A stretch of 28,808 nt of DNA from positions 1 to 28,808 of the forward strand of contig JAZDIV010000139.1 in NCBI GenBank assembly GCA_043804695.1, written 5' to 3'. Positions 1-7,698 of the stretch are shown here, piece by piece; positions within the stretch are counted from its first letter, which is position 1; each line of letters starts with the position of its first letter. The stretch comes from PVC group bacterium. Lineage in GTDB: Bacteria > Auribacterota > Erginobacteria > Erginobacterales > Erginobacteraceae. Below the pieces are notes generated by a model. The model ran no database searches, was not told the origin of the DNA, and saw nothing but the letters and a program-made list of their open reading frames with translations. Both the position numbers and the translations under genes were made by a program.

Positions 1-2
1 GA

Positions 3-272
3 TTTGCCAGAAAAATCCAATTGGAAGGTCGGCGGATCATTATCACGGACCAGGTAAATCTTGCCGGAAACAGGAGATTCATTCAGGCCAAAGTAGGGGA
101 TGAGTTTGCCGTGCGCTATGTGCCCCAGTCCCGCTATTTTCAATCCCCGGAACTGGATGTGGAAGGGATGTACCTGAATCGTAATGATCTGGACCGGCTG
201 GATGCCAGAAAAAGGCTGGAGATAAAGCGTGTTCTCGATCTCGAAACCGGTGAAATAACCAGGTTAAAATAG
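3..272 (+). CDS. 3' end of a hypothetical protein, truncated at the window start
   Basis: The frame of ORF 21..272 is open back to position 3 and ends at TAG 270-272. No motif recognised. Confidence 0.5.
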   Translation, partial: FARKIQLEGRRIIITDQVNLAGNRRFIQAKVGDEFAVRYVPQSRYFQSPELDVEGMYLNRNDLDRLDARKRLEIKRVLDLETGEITRLK

Positions 273-404
273 AAGAAGCTCTACATCGGCCTCGGGGGGC
301 CAACCAGGAAAACGCTTTCGGTTTCCTTCGCGCCCCGTCCAGGCAAAGAAGACTCGAGGATTTCAAACCGATTAGGCAAAATCGGAGAATTGGTTACAGG
401 AAAG

Positions 405-2459
405 ATGACAAAAAAGAAACGCAGGAAAATTCAAGGACAGCAACCGGACCGGCTCGAGTTTACACTGAATCAGGGGGCCAAGAAAATCCTGACCGCACTT
501 TTCGTTCTCGCCTTTTTTCTCGCTCTTTTCCTCCGGTTTAACGCCCTGGAACTTAAACCCCTCCACCACGACGAGGGGGTCAACTCCTGGTTCCTCCTGA
601 ATCTCAAGAAAGACTTTCCTGCCGGCTGGAAATACGACCCGGAGAACTACCACGGACCGTTTCTCTTCTTTACCCACATCATTCCGCTGGCCATCAATGA
701 GAGCGTCTTCTCGCTCCGCTGCCTGGTAGCTCTCTTCGGGTCGCTGACCATCCTTCTTCTCTGGCCGCTGAGAAGAACAATCGGGCGGACGGGGGTGGTA
801 ACCGCGGCCTTTCTGCTGGCGGTCTCCCCTACCAATCTCTTTTTCGCCCGGACCAATATCCATGAAACGTACCTGATCTTCTTCACCCTGGGGACGGTCG
901 TCGGCGCGATTCGCTTCCGGGAGTCAAAGAAACCGGTTTATTTCATCCTGATGTGCGCCTGCTGGGCGTGGGTGATCACGGTCAAGGAGACATACATCAT
1001 GACCGGGGGCGCCTTCTTCTGGGCCGCTGTCGGCACATATTTCTGGTTTTCGGTCACCCGGAAGAGGGACCAGATCGCCCCCCGGACAGTGATCACCGAC
1101 CTGGTGAAGTGGATGAAAGAACACTACCCGGCGCTCGGGCTGGCCGTCCTGGTCTTCGTCCTGATTATCGTCGTCTATTACTCCTCGCTCTTCACCAATC
1201 TCAAGGGGACCACCGGCGATCTGATCAACAGCCTCCTCATCTGGCGGAAGACCGGGACCAAGGGAGCCGGGCATGAAAAACCGTGGTGGTACTGGTGCAC
1301 GCTTCTGAAGGATTTCGAGCTTCCCGTCCTTGTTCTCGGGGGTCTGGGGATAGTCTATGCCTTTATACGCAGAAATGCCTTCATGGTCTTCTCCTCCCTC
1401 TGGGCGCTCCTTCTCTTTCTGGCCTATACGGCGGTGCCCTACAAGACCCCCTGGCTGGCCATGAACTTCATCCTTCCGCTTGCTCTGCTCGCCGGGTATT
1501 TCGCGGAAAACCTTTACCGTTCGATCAGGGGATCTCCTCTCCTGGTGACGATAGCGGGAGCGGCGGGCGCGGCCGCGCTCCTGGCCGGGGGTTCGGGGAT
1601 CAGCTGGCGGGTCAATTTCGTGGAATATGACGACGACTCTCACCAGATCGTTTACTCCCAGACCAGGCGCGATATAAACGATATGATGACGCGGCTGGAA
1701 GAGTACGCCCATAACAAGGCCCAGGGCTACGATACCGAGATCAAGATCGTCTCCGACGAATACTGGCCCCTCCAGTGGTACCTGCGGAAGTACATCCACG
1801 TGGGCTACTGGGGCCAGGTGATCGCCGACTCGGACGCCCCCATCGTCCTGGGACGGTCTAAGACCCAGGAGGAGCTGGAAAAAACCCTCAAGGACACCTA
1901 TTATTCGGAGCTGTACAGCGTCCGGCCCGGGCTGGATCTCTTCCTCTACACCCGGCTCCACCGGGGGAAAAAACCCGAGGAAGAGATCGCGGGGACGGAA
2001 CCCGTTGCGGTCGAGAAGGAAGCGTTACAGCCCGGGCTGCGGGCCCGGTACTATAAAAAGATCAACCCGGTGGGCGAACCCCATGTCGAAAAAATCGAGG
2101 ACCGGTTCGATTTCCACTACAACAACGAGGAGGAGAAAAAAGCCGGTCTGAACATCACCTCGCCGTTCAGCATCCTCTGGGAAGGCCTGATCGAGATACC
2201 CCGCTCCGGGACCTATCTCTTCGCGACCGAGTCGGATGACGGCTCCTGGCTCCTCATTGACGACCGGGTGGTCGTCAACAACGGGGGCACGCACGGCATC
2301 CAGTACAAGTCAAACACGATCATCCTCGAGGAGGGGATGCACCGGATCGGGATAAAATATTTTGACAGCGCCTGGGGGGCGGTGATGAAGGTTCGCTGGT
2401 CGCCGCCCGGCGAGGGGGAGGGTCCGATCCCACCGCGGTATCTCTGGCATCAGAATTAA
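405..2459 (+). CDS. TIGR03663-like (PMT/GT39-related, GT-C fold) membrane glycosyltransferase with C-terminal PA14 domain
   Basis: ATG 405 follows AGGAAAG. The N-terminus has LHHDEGVN and YHGP (the DE and HGP signatures of TIGR03663), followed by many hydrophobic helices and YKTPW / YWPLQWYLR. The C-terminus has PA14-type motifs FSILWEGLIEIP..GTYLF..SDDGSWLLID..VVNNGGTHG..LEEGMHRI. Confidence 0.85.
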   Translation: MTKKKRRKIQGQQPDRLEFTLNQGAKKILTALFVLAFFLALFLRFNALELKPLHHDEGVNSWFLLNLKKDFPAGWKYDPENYHGPFLFFTHIIPLAINESVFSLRCLVALFGSLTILLLWPLRRTIGRTGVVTAAFLLAVSPTNLFFARTNIHETYLIFFTLGTVVGAIRFRESKKPVYFILMCACWAWVITVKETYIMTGGAFFWAAVGTYFWFSVTRKRDQIAPRTVITDLVKWMKEHYPALGLAVLVFVLIIVVYYSSLFTNLKGTTGDLINSLLIWRKTGTKGAGHEKPWWYWCTLLKDFELPVLVLGGLGIVYAFIRRNAFMVFSSLWALLLFLAYTAVPYKTPWLAMNFILPLALLAGYFAENLYRSIRGSPLLVTIAGAAGAAALLAGGSGISWRVNFVEYDDDSHQIVYSQTRRDINDMMTRLEEYAHNKAQGYDTEIKIVSDEYWPLQWYLRKYIHVGYWGQVIADSDAPIVLGRSKTQEELEKTLKDTYYSELYSVRPGLDLFLYTRLHRGKKPEEEIAGTEPVAVEKEALQPGLRARYYKKINPVGEPHVEKIEDRFDFHYNNEEEKKAGLNITSPFSILWEGLIEIPRSGTYLFATESDDGSWLLIDDRVVVNNGGTHGIQYKSNTIILEEGMHRIGIKYFDSAWGAVMKVRWSPPGEGEGPIPPRYLWHQN

Positions 2460-2476
2460 CTCCCTTATCCCGGATT

Positions 2477-2579
2477 AGAGTATAATACGATCACTAAATG
2501 ATTACCACTATCCACGCCGGCTCCGGCAGTGTTCAAAATTAACCCGATTTATGCCTGCCGGCAGGCATAAATCGGGTTA
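2477..2579 (+). repeat. Left copy of a ~105-bp inverted repeat, ending in a perfect 40-bp palindrome (2540-2579)
   Basis: TAACCCGATTTATGCCTGCC|GGCAGGCATAAATCGGGTTA is a perfect palindrome. The reverse complement of 2477-2540 aligns to 4611-4676 at 56/66 columns (hand count). Confidence 0.95.
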
Positions 2580-2628
2580 GGTCGCTGATTGAGTTATTCG
2601 TTGTTCCTCCTAATTTAATTATTTTCTA

Positions 2629-2657
2629 TTGACTTCACCTCATCCGAAGGGTATTTT
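2629..2657 (+). promoter_or_regulatory. Putative sigma70 promoter for the lipoprotein/beta-barrel (and possibly OPX-Wzc) genes
   Basis: TTGACT (2629-2634), 17-nt spacer, TATTTT (2652-2657), with an AT-rich stretch upstream. Confidence 0.55.
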
Positions 2658-2693
2658 AATATAACCCTGCTTTTCAGCAGGGAGGTGAATTTT

Positions 2694-2738
2694 TTGCCAA
2701 TTAACTGTTTTCTGCAACAGGGAGGGAGAAGAGCATGA
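2694..2738 (+). CDS. Putative 14-aa leader peptide (MPINCFLQQGGRRA)
   Basis: GGAGGTG (2681-2687) lies before TTG 2694. The TGA stop overlaps the next gene's ATG (ATGA 2735-2738). Confidence 0.35.
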   Translation: MPINCFLQQGGRRA

Positions 2739-3334
2739 AGAAGTCCTCTGCCGGGAAGGTATTGGGCCGGGCGCTGCCGCTGATTTTGGTCATTTTTCTG
2801 CTGCCGGGGTGGGCGGCGGGCTGCAAGAAAAGCGGGAAAAAACCGCCGACGATCGACGTGGAGAAGATTATTGATTTTACCGGAGAAATAAAGGTCACGT
2901 TCCCCTCCGGGGATGTGCAGACGTTCCGGGTCGGGGACACGCTCGTCGTTCTTCCCGAAAACACCCTGGTGGAGGTGCTGTCGGAGGAAGGCACCGGGCT
3001 GCTGGCAGGCAAGATTATTCTTCTCAAGAAAGGCCAGATCGCCCGCATCATCAAACCGGGCGTGACCGCCCAGAAGGTCATCCAGTTCACCGGCGAGCTG
3101 AAGATCGTCCTCCCCGACGGCACCATCATCTATGTCAAGGCGGGGGAGCCGCTTCCCACCCTGCCGCCCGGGACCAGGATTGAAGTCATCTCCGGAGAAC
3201 TGGTCGTCATCTGGGGGGATGAGAGAATCATCCTCACCCCCGGAGATGTCGCCTGGATCGAACCGTTGCTCGACGAAGAAACCCCCGCGTCGGAAGGAGG
3301 AGACATCAGCCCCGTCAGCCCGTTCGAGCCTTAA
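2735..3334 (+). CDS. Lipoprotein of unknown function with two ~62-aa tandem beta-rich repeats
   Basis: GGAGGGAG RBS, a basic + hydrophobic signal ending AAGC (Cys30), and repeats KIIDFTGEIKV.. / KVIQFTGELKI.. with a 70-aa period. Confidence 0.8.
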   Translation: MKKSSAGKVLGRALPLILVIFLLPGWAAGCKKSGKKPPTIDVEKIIDFTGEIKVTFPSGDVQTFRVGDTLVVLPENTLVEVLSEEGTGLLAGKIILLKKGQIARIIKPGVTAQKVIQFTGELKIVLPDGTIIYVKAGEPLPTLPPGTRIEVISGELVVIWGDERIILTPGDVAWIEPLLDEETPASEGGDISPVSPFEP

Positions 3335-3373
3335 ATCATTTCCGCCGCGAAAAAATATCCCGTTAAAAATCTA

Positions 3374-4570
3374 TTGAAATCGACAAAATTCATCCCTGCT
3401 CTATTCTGGGGGGGCGTTCTCTCCGTCGGCATCCTGCTCTCGACAACGGATGAAGTCTCGGGACTGGAGATCGGGAAACCGGGGACCGGCATCACCCAGG
3501 GGAAACTGGTCATTCACCCCCGTCTCACGCTCCGGGGAGAATACGACGACAACATCTTCCTCTCCGACCGGGGAGCGGAAGATGACCTGATCGGGATCCT
3601 GATACCGGGCGTCTCCGTGGAGCTGCCCTGGGATAACAACTATTTATTCCTGGACTATCAGGCATTCCTTCATTACTACAAGGACCACACCGACCAGAAC
3701 CACCAGGATCACCGTCTCCAGGGGCTGTGCAGCCTTGTCTTCTCCCCGCTGACCCTGAAGATCGAGGATCTTTTCTGGAAGACCTCGTCCCGGGAGAACA
3801 CCGATTTTTCCAACCTGGTCAAACGGATCGAGAACACCGGCTCCATCGCCCTGCTGTACGCGGCCAACGCGTTCGAACTCCAGGGCAGGTACAAGAATTT
3901 CTACCAGGATTACGACGAGAATAGCTACCGCCCCTACGACCACATGGAACACTACGGCATCCTGACCGGGTTTTACCAGGTGGCGCCGAAAACAAAAGCG
4001 CTGATCGAGTATACGTACGACCGGATCGTGTACCGGGAAGACCGCGACCGGGACGGCTATTACAACGAGGTGCGGGGCGGCTTCGTCGGGGAACTTGCCT
4101 CCAAGCTGACCGGCACCGCCAAGGTGGGCTACCAGTCCCGCCAGTACTACGACGATTCGGTCTGGGACGATTACGACGGCATCGTGGGATATGTCCTGCT
4201 GGAACAGGTCTTCTCCCGGAACAGCGATCTGCGGGTCGGATGGGAGAGGAGCACCCACGAATCCACCTGGGAGAGGAACAGCTACTATCTCCTCAACAAA
4301 GGCTGGCTGGCTTACAGCCAGCAGCTGGCCCACAAGATCCGGGGTTTTGCCCGGATCCAGTACAGCAATTACCGATATCCGCAGGAATCCGCCTTCTACG
4401 GGAAGAAGCGGCGGGATGATATCTGGAAGCCGGAGGCCGGCATCCAGTACCAGATCCAGGCCTGGCTGTCCGCTGAATTTAGATACATCTACAAAGTCCG
4501 TGATTCCAACCTGCCCGGAAAGGATTACCAGGATAACCGGTTCATTCTGGAACTATCGGCAACGTATTAA
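3374..4570 (+). CDS. Outer-membrane beta-barrel protein (BBP2/EpsX/Wzp-like polysaccharide export porin)
   Basis: Signal peptide, the N-terminal IHPRLTLRGEYDDNIF motif, Tyr-rich alternating strands and a terminal strand FILELSATY. It sits upstream of the OPX and Wzc genes. Confidence 0.85.
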   Translation: MKSTKFIPALFWGGVLSVGILLSTTDEVSGLEIGKPGTGITQGKLVIHPRLTLRGEYDDNIFLSDRGAEDDLIGILIPGVSVELPWDNNYLFLDYQAFLHYYKDHTDQNHQDHRLQGLCSLVFSPLTLKIEDLFWKTSSRENTDFSNLVKRIENTGSIALLYAANAFELQGRYKNFYQDYDENSYRPYDHMEHYGILTGFYQVAPKTKALIEYTYDRIVYREDRDRDGYYNEVRGGFVGELASKLTGTAKVGYQSRQYYDDSVWDDYDGIVGYVLLEQVFSRNSDLRVGWERSTHESTWERNSYYLLNKGWLAYSQQLAHKIRGFARIQYSNYRYPQESAFYGKKRRDDIWKPEAGIQYQIQAWLSAEFRYIYKVRDSNLPGKDYQDNRFILELSATY

Positions 4571-4676
4571 CCCGATTTATGCCTGCCGGCCGGCAGGCAT
4601 AAATCGGGTTAATTTTGAACCATGCCGGAGATGGCGAGAATAGTGCTGTAATCATTTATTGATCGCATTATACTCT
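4566..4676 (-). repeat. Right copy of the inverted repeat, with a perfect 48-bp palindrome (4566-4613)
   Basis: ATTAACCCGATTTATGCCTGCCGG|CCGGCAGGCATAAATCGGGTTAAT. Its core matches the left copy apart from 4 extra central bp. It contains the TAA stop of the beta-barrel gene. Confidence 0.95.
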
Positions 4677-4755
4677 GGTCCAGGTACTGGTTAATTTTAA
4701 TCTGATATTATGTGAATTATCCCGGCCGGGTCCGGTTAAGGGGACAGCTACCATC

Positions 4756-5535
4756 ATGAGAGATCGAACAGTTTACCAGCGGGGCTCTTTTTTTTTTAGC
4801 CCGGCAATAATCCTGCTCATGGCCGGTGTTCTTTTCGATGCCGGATGCGGCCACACCCCGAAGTCCGGGAACAGCAGCAGACCGGGCGGCGATGCCAAAT
4901 TATTTTATTCCCGGCCGGATAACAACGCCGCGGAAATGCCGGCCAAACCAACACCCGGTATCGTCCCGACTGTTACTCCGCCAATCGAAGCGGTGCCGGA
5001 AGATCGCCAACCCGATAACCCCGTTGAGACGCCTTCGGAAGATGCGGGCTATATCATCAGCCCCAACGACGTTCTGGACATCTCCGTTCTCGGCGAAGAG
5101 AACCTCTCGATCACCGTGCGGGTTTCTGAAAAGGGCGTGATATCCTTTCCTCTCCTGGGAGAAATCGGTGCGGCCGGCTATCCCCCCCTTCAGTTCGAGA
5201 GAAGACTGGAAAAACTCCTGGAGCAGGACTACCTCGTCTCCCCCTCGGTCAACATCACCATCCTGGAGTACAGCACCATCTCCGTGCTGGGGCAGGTGGA
5301 GAAACCCGGGGCGTTTGAGATCAAGGGCCGGATGACCGTCACCCAGGCGATCGCCCGGGCGGGCGGCCTGACCAATATTGCCAGCCCGAACGGGACAAAA
5401 GTGATCCGGAGAATCAACGGGAGAGAGGAGATCATCCCGGTCCGTCTTAAGGACATCCTCGCCGACGGCGATCTCTCAAATGACATCTCCCTGAAGCCCG
5501 GCGACTTGATTGTGGTCCCGGAAAGCTTCTTCTGA
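4756..5535 (+). CDS. wza: Short OPX polysaccharide export lipoprotein (Poly_export + SLBB), lacking the Wza C-terminal helix
   Basis: Probable lipobox (DAGC), a Pro/Thr-rich linker, YIISPNDVLDISV..VRVSEKGVISFPLLG..YLVSPSV, SLBB VLGQVEKPG..AIARAGGL, and the ending LKPGDLIVVPESFF. Confidence 0.88.
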   Translation: MRDRTVYQRGSFFFSPAIILLMAGVLFDAGCGHTPKSGNSSRPGGDAKLFYSRPDNNAAEMPAKPTPGIVPTVTPPIEAVPEDRQPDNPVETPSEDAGYIISPNDVLDISVLGEENLSITVRVSEKGVISFPLLGEIGAAGYPPLQFERRLEKLLEQDYLVSPSVNITILEYSTISVLGQVEKPGAFEIKGRMTVTQAIARAGGLTNIASPNGTKVIRRINGREEIIPVRLKDILADGDLSNDISLKPGDLIVVPESFF

Positions 5536-5579
5536 ACCGGATTGTGAAAATTTTTAATTCCCACGAATAATCCCGGTTA
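5535..5579. repeat. Degenerate copy of the palindromic element at 24034-24084
   Basis: GTGAAAATTTTTAATTCCCACGAATAATCCCGGTTA versus ATGAAAATATTTAATTTTCATGAATAATCCAGGTTA gives 30/36. It is preceded by AACCGGATT. Confidence 0.8.
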
Positions 5580-5646
5580 AGTAGAATATAATCATTACAT
5601 TGACAGTTACTATTACCGGCATTGTTCAAAACCAGCAGGAAAGCCG

Positions 5647-7698
5647 ATGGCCAACTCAAGAGACATTGAATTGAACCTGCGGGAGAAGCTGTACATAATC
5701 CACCGGCGAAAGTGGGTCTTGATCACTTCCATAGTCATTCTCTTTACCGTGGTGGCCATCGGAAATTTCACCACGACGCCTCTCTACCAGGCCGTCACCC
5801 GGCTGAGAATCGAACCAAAAATGCCCGAGGTTGTTCCCTTTAAGGAACTGTACTCTATTTCGGGCACCCAGCTCGACTATTACAATACCCAGTATAAAAT
5901 TTTAATATCCAAATCGCTGGCAAACAAAGTCCTGGAGAACCTCCCCCCCAAAGAAGCGTCTCGATTGAACACTGCGCAACTGCTCAATATGGTAACCATC
6001 AAGCCGATTGCTCAAAGTCAACTGGTTGATATCAAGGTGGTTGGACCCGACCCGAAACTGATCGCCCTGGTAGCTAACTCTTGGGCGGAGCAGTTTATCC
6101 GCTTGACCATAGAATCCAAATTCAAGGCCATCCAGATAGCTCTTTCTCAGTTAACCAAGCAACTGGATGAGCAGAATGAAACAGTGAAAACGGCCCAGCA
6201 AGAACTGCTGGCCTTCAAGGAACGGGTGCGAATCGTTTCCCTGGAGGACGTTCAGAACGAACTGAACAAGCTTTCAGAAGCCCACTCCGACTTGAAACGG
6301 GGGCGAGAAGAAAAAGAGCTGCAGCTGCAGCATCTGAAGAATTCCGCTTCCCAGGGATCAGCTCTGGAGACATCCCCTCAAATCCGTTACCACTCCATCG
6401 TTATCCAGCTAAAAAACCGCCTGGTCCAGCTCCATGCCGCTCTTGCGGAAAACTCCCATCGCTATAAGGCAAAACACCCGAAAATGATCCAGCTCCAGGC
6501 GGAGATAGTCGCCATACAGGCCAGTCTGCAGGACGAGATCGATAAAATCATTCAAGGCCTTCAGACCGAATACGAACTGGCCCGGATCACGGAAGAGAAA
6601 ATTCTGGAGCAGCTGGAAAAACAGAAGACACTGGCTCTCCAGATGGAGAAAAAGGTGGCGGCGATTGAGGATCTAAAAACAAAGGTAATGATCAAAAGAG
6701 AAGGGCAACAGGCCCTCCTGTCGCGGGTCAACGAAACCAGCATGACCAAGGGGATAGAGATCACCAACATGGTTGTGGTTGATCCCGCCGAAATACCGAA
6801 GAACCCTTTTAAACCCAGGAGACTTTTCAACCTGCTGCTTTCTCTGATCATCGGTGCCGCGGGCGGCATCGGAGCCATCTTTCTGCTGGAAAATCTCGAC
6901 AACAGCGTTAAAACTTCAGTGGCAGCGAAGAAGATCCTCAAAATCCCTTTTCTGGGCGCTATCCCTCTCTATTCTCAGGTTAAAATCAGAGCAGACTCAA
7001 CACCGCTGCAGATTATTCAAAATCATCTGGGCTTGGTCCCGGAAGCTTACCGGAGCATCAGGACCGGGATTTATTTCGCCTCTCCCGATAAATCGCCCCA
7101 GGTGATCCTGGTAACCAGTTCCCTCCCCCAGGAAGGAAAAACCGACGTCTCAACGATGCTGGCCTTTATTCTTACCCAGGGAGATGAGCGAATCTTACTT
7201 ATCGACAGCGACCTGCGCAAGCCCCGGATCGGGAAGATCTTCGGGACTGATAAACAGAAACCGGGGTTGAGTGAACTTCTGACCGGCCGGATCCGCCTCG
7301 CCGACGCAATTCAAAAAACCGAATTTCCGGGATTGGAGATCATCACCAGTGGTGCTATCCCTCCCAATCCCGCCGAACTGATCAACTCCAAACAATTCCG
7401 CACGATATTATCCGAGCTCCGGCAGAGCTGGGACCGGGTGATCCTGGACTCTCCTCCTCTCTTCTCGGTCACCGACGCGACAATCCTGGGGAGTATTGCC
7501 GACGGGGTAATCTTCGTGGTCAAGGCCGGAAGCACCAGTGCTAAAATATTAGGCTTTTGCCGGGAGAAGTTGGAGCATGTCAACGCTCGTTTTTTAGGGG
7601 TGATCTTAAACCAGGCCGACATCCACCGGGGAACCGATTACTACTACTACCACAGCAAATACTACCAAGTCGACTCGTCGGCGCCGGGGACGGCTTAG
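5647..7698 (+). CDS. wzc: Polysaccharide co-polymerase / BY tyrosine autokinase (Wzc/GumC family)
   Basis: Two TM helices flank a coiled-coil region. Walker A TSSLPQEGKT, A' LLIDSDLRKP, Walker B VILDSPP and the Tyr cluster DYYYYHSKYY are present. Confidence 0.95.
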   Translation: MANSRDIELNLREKLYIIHRRKWVLITSIVILFTVVAIGNFTTTPLYQAVTRLRIEPKMPEVVPFKELYSISGTQLDYYNTQYKILISKSLANKVLENLPPKEASRLNTAQLLNMVTIKPIAQSQLVDIKVVGPDPKLIALVANSWAEQFIRLTIESKFKAIQIALSQLTKQLDEQNETVKTAQQELLAFKERVRIVSLEDVQNELNKLSEAHSDLKRGREEKELQLQHLKNSASQGSALETSPQIRYHSIVIQLKNRLVQLHAALAENSHRYKAKHPKMIQLQAEIVAIQASLQDEIDKIIQGLQTEYELARITEEKILEQLEKQKTLALQMEKKVAAIEDLKTKVMIKREGQQALLSRVNETSMTKGIEITNMVVVDPAEIPKNPFKPRRLFNLLLSLIIGAAGGIGAIFLLENLDNSVKTSVAAKKILKIPFLGAIPLYSQVKIRADSTPLQIIQNHLGLVPEAYRSIRTGIYFASPDKSPQVILVTSSLPQEGKTDVSTMLAFILTQGDERILLIDSDLRKPRIGKIFGTDKQKPGLSELLTGRIRLADAIQKTEFPGLEIITSGAIPPNPAELINSKQFRTILSELRQSWDRVILDSPPLFSVTDATILGSIADGVIFVVKAGSTSAKILGFCREKLEHVNARFLGVILNQADIHRGTDYYYYHSKYYQVDSSAPGTA

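Noticed and set aside
273..404. Possible riboswitch upstream of the GT-C gene
   Set aside because: Only short hairpins (for example CCGATT..AATCGG); no riboswitch consensus that I can match.
924..1961. 345-aa antisense ORF, and similar ones such as 3644-4333, 16031-16738 and 24618-25262
   Set aside because: They lie wholly opposite well-supported genes and have no recognisable motifs; they look like shadow ORFs.
2540..4613. Palindromic repeats read as a CRISPR array
   Set aside because: Only two copies, 2 kb apart, with genes between them; no spacers and no cas genes.
5600..5628. TTGACA as the -35 of a wzc promoter
   Set aside because: No acceptable -10 at 16-18 nt spacing; the nearby TATAAT lies upstream of it.
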